Below are positions 28,340-37,666 of a DNA stretch of 64,000 nucleotides, piece by piece. The stretch comes from a virus, in UHGV virus genome UHGV-0214148. The stretch is one strand, 5' to 3'. The notes below the pieces were generated by a model, which saw only the letters and a list, made by a program, of their open reading frames with translations, made no database searches and was not told the origin of the DNA. Numbering within the stretch: position 1 is the first letter of the stretch; every line of letters begins with the position of its first letter. Position numbers and translations under genes: made by a program.

Positions 28340-29181
28340 TAGATTAATCCCATACTTTCACTGACGCTCGTAATGTCGAACGTTGTGTCGTTAAAGTCGA
28401 TGTTTTCTACAATAGAAACCACCAGATTAGGAAGCCATTCTGAATGGGGTGGTGTAATAACCCGACCGTTCATAACGTAGTAATGCAAGAACGGTAATCC
28501 CATCGAATGACAGTACGATAACACATTACCTAAGCAGCTTCCGTCAAACTTCAAGAGTTGGAGTTTACGCAATAATGCGTTTTGAAATGCGCCGCTCGCG
28601 TAATTGCTAAACTCGCCAGGCCGATAATCCGTGCCCCCGTAAATACTCGCCTTTAATCGCCGACCGCGTTGTATACATTCAGCCCCAGTCAGGGTGCGTA
28701 ATAAACGGATGTCAGGATATTCAGTTTCCAAACGACCCAAAGCGTTTATTCCGTAACCCTTGTAGAACAGATAGTCTACGATCCTTAAATAATGATAGTA
28801 GCCTTCTAACGTTAAAAACTGACCGTGAATTGTGTCGAATTTCGCACCGTTAGGTTGCGCGTAGAAGTTACTGATCATTTTCCCTACGGTAGTACGACCG
28901 TTAGAATAAAGGTTAAGATGGTTGATACCATCAGTAAAAGGGAGTTTTTCGGGTAACGCACAAACGTAGCCTAAACGACGAAGGTATAGGACATAAACAA
29001 AGCGCTCATCAGGAGTAAGCACGATGTTTGACGCGTTAACGTATCCATTAGGATTATTTTGGCCAGGTTGATAACCCAACGTTAATGCCAGAGCGTGATT
29101 GTCTTCGCCCTGACTTTTGATCTTCTTTAATACGGAACGCAGTAATTGTGGTTCGGACATAACCGGCCTCTTAAATTGCAA
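28339..29181 (-). CDS. hypothetical protein
   Basis: 280-aa ORF, coupled to neighbours. Confidence 0.55.
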   Translation of the reverse strand: MQFKRPVMSEPQLLRSVLKKIKSQGEDNHALALTLGYQPGQNNPNGYVNASNIVLTPDERFVYVLYLRRLGYVCALPEKLPFTDGINHLNLYSNGRTTVGKMISNFYAQPNGAKFDTIHGQFLTLEGYYHYLRIVDYLFYKGYGINALGRLETEYPDIRLLRTLTGAECIQRGRRLKASIYGGTDYRPGEFSNYASGAFQNALLRKLQLLKFDGSCLGNVLSYCHSMGLPFLHYYVMNGRVITPPHSEWLPNLVVSIVENIDFNDTTFDITSVSESMGLI

Positions 29182-30445
29182 AATAGTCTTCCACGATTTT
29201 ATCGGTAGACTGGTAACTTACACTACCTGCAGCAATCACGTAATTACGTTTCTCGGTGGTCAGTAGCGCCTGAATCGCATTTACGCCTGCATAGGTGTAA
29301 AGTTTAAGTTCAGTCATTTCTGGCGTGATGTTTTTCGCTTTGTCCCATTTTGCATCTAATCCTTTAAATAACGTTAATAGACGAGTGCCATACGTTTTGA
29401 AACTAACACCGGGTTCAACCCGAAGGTTAGCCATAAGGTTCTGGATAACGGTGGTTGCGATCTGAGTCCCTTGCCCCGGTTGCAGTTTATCCAGATAGTA
29501 TTCCGTTGAATCCAGATTACCTGTCGCTGCTGCCTGAATCATCAGCTCGCCGTACAGTACCTCTTTCGCTTGCGCATCGGTAATCGCTTGAAGCATCGGT
29601 TCGATTTTAGCCGGTAAACCATAACTGTTCAGTTTGGTAGACAGGCCATAAATCAGCGCTGAAGAGGTATTAATGTCTAACGTGGAGAAACTGTTGCTGC
29701 CTTTAAAGCTGTTAATCAGGTTATCGATGGCTAGGAAGTCGTCCAAGTCTTTGTAGCTGTCGAAAGTATGCTGTACGTCATCAACGATCGAGGTGATTTG
29801 ATAACGCATACTGTTGACTTCGGACATAAACCCGTTGACTTCTTGGCTAACTTCCGAGGGGAGTTTAGCCAGTTGCCCAGCAATGTTCATCGTCCCTTCG
29901 AGACGTTTTTTCACCGAGTTAAAGTCAGTACCGATACCTGATAAAACAGAGTCGGTTAAGCTGCCGATGCTGTCCCACCCTTTATTTAACAGTTTCCCCA
30001 TTCCACCCGGACTTAGGTAGTCTAACGCTTTTAGGCCATCTTCATCCTTTTTCTTAAAAGGTTCAGAAACGTCACGCTTTTGTGGGTCGAGGACAGGAAG
30101 CGTTTCTTTGGTATTAGATGCAAAACCGGGAACCTTTTGTCCTGGAGATACACCGGAAGCCGAACTCCCCGCAGTCTTACTTCCCCCAACACTGGCGGTA
30201 TCGCTACCGCCAAAAAGGTTACCAATTTTGCTGGTCAGTTCGTTGCCGCCGCTAATCAGTTTGTTGAATGTTTCACCCGCACGTTCTGATAATCGGTTGA
30301 CGCTATCGACCGTGCTTTTAATACCACGCTCCGCATTCTCCACCGTCGATTGTACGCGGTTTGCGGCGTTCTTTGCCGTATTAACGGAATTATCGATTGC
30401 TGACTGACCTTTATTTATCTGACTGGTTATTTGGTCGATTTTCAT
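29171..30445 (-). CDS. hypothetical protein
   Basis: Track ORF 29171..30472 begins at a TTG; the internal ATG at 30445 has a GGAG SD and is preferred. Low-complexity Ser/Gly/Thr-rich N-terminal half. Confidence 0.5.
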   Translation of the reverse strand: MKIDQITSQINKGQSAIDNSVNTAKNAANRVQSTVENAERGIKSTVDSVNRLSERAGETFNKLISGGNELTSKIGNLFGGSDTASVGGSKTAGSSASGVSPGQKVPGFASNTKETLPVLDPQKRDVSEPFKKKDEDGLKALDYLSPGGMGKLLNKGWDSIGSLTDSVLSGIGTDFNSVKKRLEGTMNIAGQLAKLPSEVSQEVNGFMSEVNSMRYQITSIVDDVQHTFDSYKDLDDFLAIDNLINSFKGSNSFSTLDINTSSALIYGLSTKLNSYGLPAKIEPMLQAITDAQAKEVLYGELMIQAAATGNLDSTEYYLDKLQPGQGTQIATTVIQNLMANLRVEPGVSFKTYGTRLLTLFKGLDAKWDKAKNITPEMTELKLYTYAGVNAIQALLTTEKRNYVIAAGSVSYQSTDKIVEDYFAI

Positions 30446-31256
30446 TCTGGTCTCCAATTTGGTATTCGTCAAGGTTTACCGTGACCTGAACTTCGTAGAT
30501 TTTATTGTCTTTCTGACGCCTTAAGGTCAGAAGGATTTCGAAACTACGAACATCAATTGCCTTGAGTACCCTCATAAACCATTTCCAGGAAAACTTCTTT
30601 TTTAACCTTAGATTGTGCTGCATGTTGTGCCGCAAATCATTTCGTTTCGACGGCGTCTGCTCACAGTTAGCAGGATCGTTAACGAAGTTTGTGGAAAGAC
30701 GGTACCACCAGTCCGCATTCATTTTCATGTTTGCGAAGATAGTCCAAGTTAGCCGAGATAACGGATGTACCATCATCTTTGCGGTCTCACCACAGTTCTG
30801 GAAATAACGGTTCAATTGCGCAGTTGCAGACTCTTTAGGTCGTTCGTCGTTATCTTCGAACAAATCCCGAGCGAGATCTTCACGCACGCGTGTGGTAATT
30901 TCAGATACGGTTTTTGTTTTGAAGTGTCCTCGGTAAGTGGTTACACAAATCCGCAGTGTCTCCACTCCGGTAATCACCAACCCTTCTGTAAAACCTCGCC
31001 AGGTAAGATCGACAGGTAGTGCAGGGATGTTACCTGAACTCAGCTTCGTGGAGATACGTTGTATTCGATCGTCCATCGTTGCTTTTGAACGTGTTTTAAA
31101 TTCTGGAGACAGAATATGTTTGGCGACGGCGAGTTTATAATCCGAAGGCTTCCATCCGATCAATTCTTTATAATTCCAATATAGTGTTTGAAGTGGTCCG
31201 CCTGCACGTTCGTCTTCAGCGTCCACGACCACACTTACTTTTTTGCTATCCATCAC
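30411..31256 (-). CDS. hypothetical protein
   Basis: 281-aa ORF. Confidence 0.55.
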   Translation of the reverse strand: MMDSKKVSVVVDAEDERAGGPLQTLYWNYKELIGWKPSDYKLAVAKHILSPEFKTRSKATMDDRIQRISTKLSSGNIPALPVDLTWRGFTEGLVITGVETLRICVTTYRGHFKTKTVSEITTRVREDLARDLFEDNDERPKESATAQLNRYFQNCGETAKMMVHPLSRLTWTIFANMKMNADWWYRLSTNFVNDPANCEQTPSKRNDLRHNMQHNLRLKKKFSWKWFMRVLKAIDVRSFEILLTLRRQKDNKIYEVQVTVNLDEYQIGDQNENRPNNQSDK

Positions 31257-31286
31257 ATCACCTTGTTACAAGGGGTTACTGGTTTA

Positions 31287-31835
31287 TTAAATAGGACGTT
31301 CTAAAAGGTAGTGTTCAATCAACGTTTCCAACTCCCGGAATAAATGCGCAGTTTGATTTACCAGCGCTTTGTCTTCGTCGGACTCCGGTTTAAGGAACGC
31401 TGATTCATAGGGTTGAATTAGCGCGAGTAATTTACCCAGCTTATAAGCGGCAACCTCAGGACTGGACGTCCCAAAATAAGTGTCTAGCCATCGGTATTCC
31501 GCCAAGTCGTTTCGTTTATTTAAAGCGTCAGGTAATGGTAGCCATTCGATTGAACTCCTGTTAATTGCTCGTTGGTATTCATTAATGAGAAATGCCAAAC
31601 GTTGATAAACGAGGTCAATGTTATTAATACGCAATTCGAGGAAACCGCGAAGGCTGGGACGAAAAGGTTCTTCATTTATGTTTAAAGGCAACGTAAGCAA
31701 TTGTAAGCCGGTAAAGACTCTGACATAGGGGTTGTGGGTGTTCTTATGGAACTCCTGCTTCAGAGACTCTCTGAGGGCTTTTAAACGATTATTCTCTAAC
31801 CGTTGTTTAAAACGAGTTATTATTCCTGTTAACAT
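31287..31835 (-). CDS. hypothetical protein
   Basis: 182-aa ORF; AT-rich motif 26-45 bp upstream of start. Confidence 0.55.
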   Translation of the reverse strand: MLTGIITRFKQRLENNRLKALRESLKQEFHKNTHNPYVRVFTGLQLLTLPLNINEEPFRPSLRGFLELRINNIDLVYQRLAFLINEYQRAINRSSIEWLPLPDALNKRNDLAEYRWLDTYFGTSSPEVAAYKLGKLLALIQPYESAFLKPESDEDKALVNQTAHLFRELETLIEHYLLERPI

Positions 31836-31860
31836 AATTCACTCCTAAAGAATGTCTCAC

Positions 31861-31880
31861 GTAGATAATATCTGTCTGAC
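31861..31880. promoter_or_regulatory. AT-rich promoter-like motif (GATAATATCTGT variant) in divergent intergenic region
   Basis: Shares the ATAATATCT core; equidistant from divergent starts at 31835 and 31907. Confidence 0.3.
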
Positions 31881-31906
31881 TTCTTTTTGAAATTGAGGTA
31901 GTAAGA

Positions 31907-32371
31907 ATGGCTGACGAAGAAGTGAAATATCAGGCGTTTGATGGAGATGTGGACGACGAAGAATCGCTTCTCCGCCAAACGCAACAAGCCCGTGTACGGA
32001 TTGTGAATCTCATCTTAGACGATCCTCAAGCACACAAAGACTTGAAAACGGTAGACCGGCTGGGGTCTTTGCTTAACGACGTTGATAAACAAATCATTTC
32101 CAAACGTCGCGTCGCTGCTGCACAGAAAAACAGCGAAGCTAACCAAGATTTGGCGAATGCACTTAATAGCATCCTCATGCAACGTGGCAATATCAAAATA
32201 CGTCGTCACGATGAGGAAATCGAAGAAACCCAGGGCTACCAGCCCCCCGTTCCTGTTATTCCTGATGTTGAAGTAACAGAAGGGGAGCTGGCACCAGTAG
32301 GTGAACAAATCGACGTTAAGTCCATTATGACGGCGGCGTTTGCACGTCCTGAACAGGGCGAGCAAGACTAA
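31907..32371 (+). CDS. acidic hypothetical protein
   Basis: 154-aa plus-strand ORF, divergent from 31287..31835; Asp/Glu-rich. Confidence 0.5.
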   Translation: MADEEVKYQAFDGDVDDEESLLRQTQQARVRIVNLILDDPQAHKDLKTVDRLGSLLNDVDKQIISKRRVAAAQKNSEANQDLANALNSILMQRGNIKIRRHDEEIEETQGYQPPVPVIPDVEVTEGELAPVGEQIDVKSIMTAAFARPEQGEQD

Positions 32372-33047
32372 ATAAAGCGGCATCTCGTGGGTCGACACCG
32401 ACCCACTCTGCCATAAACCGGATATGTTCCTTAAACGGGTTAACGCCGTCTTGTTTGATTTGTTCAACCAACACTCCGGTCAGTTCTGGTGTGAGCATGG
32501 CAGGGTGTGTGATGGTAAAGCTCGGAATCGGTTTTTTCAAGTGTGTGGCGTTAAGCTTAATCCACTCGAACCAATCGTACATTATCCAGCAATCCCACGC
32601 CAATGACAATCTCCCCGGTGTGAGATCTTCTAACGACCAAGACACCAATTCAACTTGTACGTTATTGTAGTACATCCGAAACAGATTCAAAAAGGCTTGA
32701 AGTTCTTCGCCTGTTAAATCCGTATAAGGCCACGTATTAATGGTAAGTGTGGGTTTTTCAATTGGCGAATGCATTTCGATTTCAAGCAACATACACTCGA
32801 ATTCGTTTTTCATTGTTGCCAATAATTCAGTAGGCTGCGCATTAATCAACGCGCGCTTATCCCGCTTCCGCCACTCTTCATCCCATTTTTCAAATCCGAG
32901 TACGCCAGCCCAAGCTTCTGTATAGCGACGACGATAAACGTCGTAGTCTAGCAATGCTAAGCTTTCAGGCTTAACGGCTTTTACCCAACCTAAACGCGTA
33001 TCAAATAACGTATCAATATCGATTAAGAAACGCCGAGATAATCTCAT
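32325..33047 (-). CDS. hypothetical protein
   Basis: 240-aa ORF; 3' end overlaps the convergent gene 31907..32371 by 47 bp. Confidence 0.5.
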   Translation of the reverse strand: MRLSRRFLIDIDTLFDTRLGWVKAVKPESLALLDYDVYRRRYTEAWAGVLGFEKWDEEWRKRDKRALINAQPTELLATMKNEFECMLLEIEMHSPIEKPTLTINTWPYTDLTGEELQAFLNLFRMYYNNVQVELVSWSLEDLTPGRLSLAWDCWIMYDWFEWIKLNATHLKKPIPSFTITHPAMLTPELTGVLVEQIKQDGVNPFKEHIRFMAEWVGVDPRDAALFSLARPVQDVQTPPS

Positions 33048-33712
33048 GACGGATGGCCTATGTTGTTACCGATATGCATCGCTTTTAGGTACGCCGACCA
33101 CGTACGTGTTGCTTTAGAACTCGTTCGCTCCGCTCCAGGCAAATCAATACGCCCTTTACCGGTTTGGCGCAGTGATTGATAGAAAGCACGTTGTAGTGCG
33201 TCGTTACCACCACGCGCCCACAAGAACTCTTTCAGTGTCCAGTCGTGACCATCGGAATACATGATGTATGCTTCTGGGAAGGACACCCCGGATGCTTTGG
33301 AAGGTCCGACGACTTGACCGGAGAGTTTATCGCGAACTTTGTCGTTTTTCGCAACCGCCATTTTCTTTTCTTGCATCTGTGTCTGACGACGGACAGGCAA
33401 GCGTAAGACTAAGTGAGGGTAACGAGTACGGTGATAGACACCCGTTTTTGGTTCTGTTAACCAGAGTCGTTGCTCCAGGTTTACCCCGAGAATTTTGCAC
33501 ACCTCGATATTGCGCAGGTGGTCAATTTCGACTTTACTTCCCACCGGGTTGTAAATAGGCAAACCGTTACGAAGTCGGTTAAACTGTTCGTCGGTCATTC
33601 GCGCGAAGGCTTTCTTCGCGGCTTCGGCATTAATGCCAGAAGGGTCTACCAACTTTAAGATTTGTAAGGCGTAGGCTTCCGCCTTTTTACGCCGCGCTGG
33701 TTCGAGTTTCAT
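33044..33712 (-). CDS. hypothetical protein
   Basis: 222-aa ORF, coupled. Confidence 0.55.
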   Translation of the reverse strand: MKLEPARRKKAEAYALQILKLVDPSGINAEAAKKAFARMTDEQFNRLRNGLPIYNPVGSKVEIDHLRNIEVCKILGVNLEQRLWLTEPKTGVYHRTRYPHLVLRLPVRRQTQMQEKKMAVAKNDKVRDKLSGQVVGPSKASGVSFPEAYIMYSDGHDWTLKEFLWARGGNDALQRAFYQSLRQTGKGRIDLPGAERTSSKATRTWSAYLKAMHIGNNIGHPS

Positions 33713-33986
33713 TGTCTACCGCCTTACGTAAATTGGATAACGTTTCTGCTTCAAGCAGGTCAATCCAGTAGCTGATAGCTTCCGTGTTTTCAGGAAGTTC
33801 GGAACGTACTGGCGCATACCCGTAACGTACTAATAGATTCGAGTAATACTCAGCGACCTTTAAACAAAAGGATTCCAGATCGGGAAACGGGTGAGTGAAG
33901 GCTTCACGAAATTCGGCCGCTGTTTCTAAATTAACACTTGCCAATCCTTCACTTAAGCGTTCCACAATCTCCGTTTGATAACGCAT
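33687..33986 (-). CDS. hypothetical protein
   Basis: 99-aa ORF with AAGGAGT SD right after a hairpin. Confidence 0.5.
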   Translation of the reverse strand: MRYQTEIVERLSEGLASVNLETAAEFREAFTHPFPDLESFCLKVAEYYSNLLVRYGYAPVRSELPENTEAISYWIDLLEAETLSNLRKAVDNETRTSAA

Positions 33987-34000
33987 GATGACTCCTTAGG

Positions 34001-34024
34001 TCGGGTAGGGTAAACCCTACCCGA
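34001..34024. terminator. stem-loop (TCGGGTAGGG / CCCTACCCGA) with T-run
   Basis: 10-bp perfect stem followed on plus by TTTATTTCTTTTT; sits just upstream of the SD of gene 33687..33986. Confidence 0.4.
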
Positions 34025-34030
34025 GCCTAT

Positions 34031-35527
34031 TTATTTCTTTTTCGTCAGGAACTTCGGTTCTAGTCCATCGACAGCCATACCCAGAATAGTACGTGCAGTC
34101 AGTGTACGTTTACCACCTTTAGTTTCCTGGTCTTTAAACATCCAGTATTCTACCGTGTTGTCCAGAATTTCATTCCAGTCCCACTTCTCGTCAATCAGTT
34201 TGTAAATCTCACCCATGCTGAGATGATACTTCATTTCAAGACGATGGTAGTTGTTTTGCATATACGCAATTGCCGCAGTGATTTCTAAAGCGCGACGTAA
34301 GCGTGCGTTATCAGAAATCATGTCGCGGATTGTCGTGCGTTGGAATTTCACACCAGGTAGAATGTCCAGTTCTTTGATGGAGCCGCCACTACCGCTTGAT
34401 GTGAAACCAAAGTCTGACTTCTTCAGCGTGTCACTTAAATAGTGCCACAGGCTCAGGTGATATAACAGACCCATTTCCTGAGAGAAGATCATCTGAAATT
34501 TCACACCGGTGTGACCACCCTTCGCACGATACTGGGTAAAGGTGATAATCTTCAAGTCGTTTACCGACGCATTCATCGCTTTAGAACGTGACGTCGGATA
34601 AAGTTCTTCGTTAACACCGGTCTGTGCGTTATAGCTCTGGTCTTTCTTCAGTTCCCCTGATTTCGTCGCGACAATAAAAGAGTTTGTTAAGAAGCTAAGC
34701 TGACGGCGAGGAATACCTGCGAATTTTAGATCGTCGTTGGCGTCGTCGAGAATTTTCGCATTTGCTTTTTGTGCCTGTCGACCACCCGCCATCGCTTTCC
34801 CAGAGTCATCGGCCATCTGTGCCACGAAGCCCATGTAAAAACCGCCGCGTGCAAACGCAGACGGCCAGCGGCTCATCATATTCGATTTTTGCAGCGCATC
34901 GTGGGCGTTCAGGATGTTCTGATCAGAATCCCCGATATCCGTTTTTGCGTGCTTGTCTTCCAGCGAACTGGAATGCCATTCTGACAGGGAGTCGATAGAA
35001 TAAAGCCAGGGGTCCAGGATTTCTTTTAACTTGCGACGAACCGGATCGGGGAACGGTGTTACACGGGTTTTACCAGACATATACTGTTTGAAGCGTTTTT
35101 CAACTTCATCACGAATATAATCACTGTAATACTGTTCCCCAGGCATTACGTCAGAACCGACCAGGTTATAACGACCTTCGTGGATAAGCTCCAGTACAGA
35201 TGTTCCGTCGTCGATACCGTTGGCGTTCATGGCAGAGATGTACCCAGTTTCTAAACGATCGAGGGCAGCGGACACTTCTGTATCGTACTTAGAACCCCAC
35301 TCTGCTTTATAACGTTGCAGGATTTGGAAGATACAGAAATCTAACAAGGTGGATTTAAAAGTGTTACCGCGACCTGCGAAACCCATGATGTGGGCAAAAC
35401 CACCGTTAAGGTAGTACAAACCATCTTCACCTTTTTCGTAGTTACCTAAGGCATGATCCATGATGGTGTAAACGTTAAAACGTGGACGAATTACTTCACC
35501 GATAACTTGCTTAGTTGGGCCTGCCAT
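34031..35527 (-). CDS. P-loop protein, possible RecA/UvsX-like recombinase
   Basis: 498-aa ORF; GGFAHIMGFAGRGNTFKSTLLDF...RYKAEWGSKYDTE resembles the Walker A region of phage UvsX (GG..LAGPSKSFKS...RQY...YDSE, from memory). Single-motif evidence. Confidence 0.4.
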   Translation of the reverse strand: MAGPTKQVIGEVIRPRFNVYTIMDHALGNYEKGEDGLYYLNGGFAHIMGFAGRGNTFKSTLLDFCIFQILQRYKAEWGSKYDTEVSAALDRLETGYISAMNANGIDDGTSVLELIHEGRYNLVGSDVMPGEQYYSDYIRDEVEKRFKQYMSGKTRVTPFPDPVRRKLKEILDPWLYSIDSLSEWHSSSLEDKHAKTDIGDSDQNILNAHDALQKSNMMSRWPSAFARGGFYMGFVAQMADDSGKAMAGGRQAQKANAKILDDANDDLKFAGIPRRQLSFLTNSFIVATKSGELKKDQSYNAQTGVNEELYPTSRSKAMNASVNDLKIITFTQYRAKGGHTGVKFQMIFSQEMGLLYHLSLWHYLSDTLKKSDFGFTSSGSGGSIKELDILPGVKFQRTTIRDMISDNARLRRALEITAAIAYMQNNYHRLEMKYHLSMGEIYKLIDEKWDWNEILDNTVEYWMFKDQETKGGKRTLTARTILGMAVDGLEPKFLTKKK

Positions 35528-35542
35528 TTAGCGCTCCGATAA

Positions 35543-35842
35543 TTAACGATTCTTGGTCGGAAGAAGAAGACGGCGGTTGTGCCAGAATTCAAAGTAGGTC
35601 TCTACCCACTCAGTAACTTCTTCCGCATTTTCAGGATAAGGGTTTTCAATAGACTCGAAACGGCGTTTATTACGCTCGTCAATTTCCAGTTCCATAACAC
35701 GTTTACCGCTCGGGCACGACGTTACGCTCAAGACTTTTCCAACTTGAATAGGTTTACCGTTCTGACCTTTTTTAACAGGCGTCAGATAAATTTCCGGTTC
35801 TAAACGCGGTGTGGTGTTTCGAGTCAGTAATTTGATTTTCAT
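35543..35842 (-). CDS. hypothetical protein
   Basis: 99-aa ORF. Confidence 0.5.
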   Translation of the reverse strand: MKIKLLTRNTTPRLEPEIYLTPVKKGQNGKPIQVGKVLSVTSCPSGKRVMELEIDERNKRRFESIENPYPENAEEVTEWVETYFEFWHNRRLLLPTKNR

Positions 35843-35940
35843 CGAGCTTTACCTTTATGGAAGAGTCTCGGTCATAAGGTTTGGGTGAACTGTAAAAAGA
35901 CTTTACTATGTAACCCTGACTTATAATCCGAGGTTTTAGA

Positions 35941-36696
35941 ATGAATGTAAATCCACTTGCAGCGTTATCTAGCTTCGCCGCTAAAGCGTCTGCAATCTTA
36001 CCGAAAGGGTTTAGCGGCCCTCAACAAGAGATTGCATTAACCACTTATGACGAGATGTCGGACGTTTCCAAGTGGATGCAACAAGAAAAATTCCTACACT
36101 TTGCGGGAATGTTGGTTATCGTTCCACCTGGGTTTAATACCTACGTGATGGATCATTTGAACCGCTTAGAATCCGTATGGAGTTCACTACAAAACATCTA
36201 TACGGGTATTCTGCTGCCGGTCGATAAACAACTTTCGGCCCTTACACATGATGTGGGGGTACTGTCATTACCGATTGGTTTCCGTTACAAAAACGTTAAT
36301 TTGCCGTTACGTAATGTTAACCCGAAAGACCTGGTTAACTTATTAGCGAAATCGTACACTAATAACGTTATTGACCAGCGACCAATTGAGAAGACGTACC
36401 ACAGCGCGTCTGAGATTGACGTTGCGTTCAATCGTGCTAAAGCCCTGAACGTTGAAATTACGAAACGTTTACGGACGAACATCGACAAGTCAATCGAGTC
36501 CATTCGCACTACGTCGGAAATCTTGTCTGAACAAAACATTCATCCGAATGTAGCAAAAGAACTGACGATGATGTTAGATTTTGCGTCCGATTGGGTGGAG
36601 CTGTTTGGTCTGTTCATGAAACAGGTTAACGAGTTAATCGAATGCCTGAACGTTACTGCCGAACGCTTAAAAGCGCTTAAGGCAAACAAAAAATAA
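35941..36696 (+). CDS. hypothetical protein
   Basis: 251-aa plus-strand ORF bounded by divergent intergenic region and bidirectional terminator. Confidence 0.55.
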   Translation: MNVNPLAALSSFAAKASAILPKGFSGPQQEIALTTYDEMSDVSKWMQQEKFLHFAGMLVIVPPGFNTYVMDHLNRLESVWSSLQNIYTGILLPVDKQLSALTHDVGVLSLPIGFRYKNVNLPLRNVNPKDLVNLLAKSYTNNVIDQRPIEKTYHSASEIDVAFNRAKALNVEITKRLRTNIDKSIESIRTTSEILSEQNIHPNVAKELTMMLDFASDWVELFGLFMKQVNELIECLNVTAERLKALKANKK

Positions 36697-36706
36697 AAAA
36701 GTAAAG

Positions 36707-36736
36707 TTACCCCTAGACCACACGGTCTAGGGGTAA
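36707..36736. terminator. bidirectional terminator between convergent genes
   Basis: 13-bp stem TTACCCCTAGACC / GGTCTAGGGGTAA with A-run before and T-run after. Confidence 0.65.
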
Positions 36737-36741
36737 ACTAT

Positions 36742-37641
36742 TTATTTCCCACGATAAAATCCAGAGATGTAACTCGGCGCTATCCATCGCCATTCGCGCC
36801 AGCGCATTTCTGACATTTTACCACACCATACACGCTTCCAATGCGCACGACGGATATGTGCGGCGCAATAAATCGCCAAACAAACCTCGTGTCCTTCCTT
36901 GCGTTGCTGCTCTATATCTTCCCATTGTACCGGACTTACATCTAAAACGACTGCTTCACTACGTGGGCGAATTTCTGTATCAGGAACATAACGAATGGAC
37001 CTTCCGCGAAATTCTTTCTTCTCGCGCTCAGTTCGTTTAATTCGTGACGAAAGATATAGCCCGATGTAGACCGCGTCGAGTAGTCGCTGATTCTCCTTAA
37101 CCGAAGTAAGGAGCGGCTTTAACTCCACGAAATCATCATTACTTTTATCGATCGTGTAAATCTCAAACTCCATGTATACCGACTCGCCATGTTCTTCGCA
37201 TGACATCACAAAGAGAACTTCTTCACCTTCGTAAAGACGTCTTCCGATAAATAACGTGATTGGACTTTCGTCGAGATTTACATTAACCGAGAAAGTAAAT
37301 GAAGGGATGGTTTCTATCCAGAAGTACGGGATATTTTTTAGTCTCTCAGTTTTTGCTAAGAGCGCCATCAGTTCTTCATCCGAGATGATTTCAACAGCAG
37401 CGTATTGCCATCCTAGTCCCAGAGACTGCTTAATCAGTCTGGGAATCTGTTCGGTAACACCATACTCACGATAGGTCGGATCTTTAACTGGCATAAACGT
37501 TACGGGTATTTGACGTTTATGCTCGTTAATGAACCGAATAAAACGACACTGATCTAATCCGTGAATTGTTTGGTGTGCCTTTTCTATTTGTTCACTCATG
37601 CGTCTTAGCGCTTTCCCGTAAAGTCTATTATTCGTTGTCAT
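36742..37641 (-). CDS. hypothetical protein, paralog of 37667..38593 (Trp/Arg-rich C-terminus)
   Basis: Start moved to internal ATG at 37641 (AGGAG SD; avoids 131-bp overlap). C-terminus AAHIRRAHWKRVW... parallels AAHIRRAHWRRYW... in the neighbour. Confidence 0.6.
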   Translation of the reverse strand: MTTNNRLYGKALRRMSEQIEKAHQTIHGLDQCRFIRFINEHKRQIPVTFMPVKDPTYREYGVTEQIPRLIKQSLGLGWQYAAVEIISDEELMALLAKTERLKNIPYFWIETIPSFTFSVNVNLDESPITLFIGRRLYEGEEVLFVMSCEEHGESVYMEFEIYTIDKSNDDFVELKPLLTSVKENQRLLDAVYIGLYLSSRIKRTEREKKEFRGRSIRYVPDTEIRPRSEAVVLDVSPVQWEDIEQQRKEGHEVCLAIYCAAHIRRAHWKRVWCGKMSEMRWREWRWIAPSYISGFYRGK

Positions 37642-37666
37642 TTTAATACTCCTAAACACTTTTAGC

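Noticed and set aside
28339-29181. NADAR/YbiA-like motif (GEFSNYASGAF) in the 280-aa protein
   Set aside because: Only a short C-terminal match to the GDFSNFA motif; the rest of the NADAR domain (SEHYFQAQK region) is absent, so the resemblance is probably chance.
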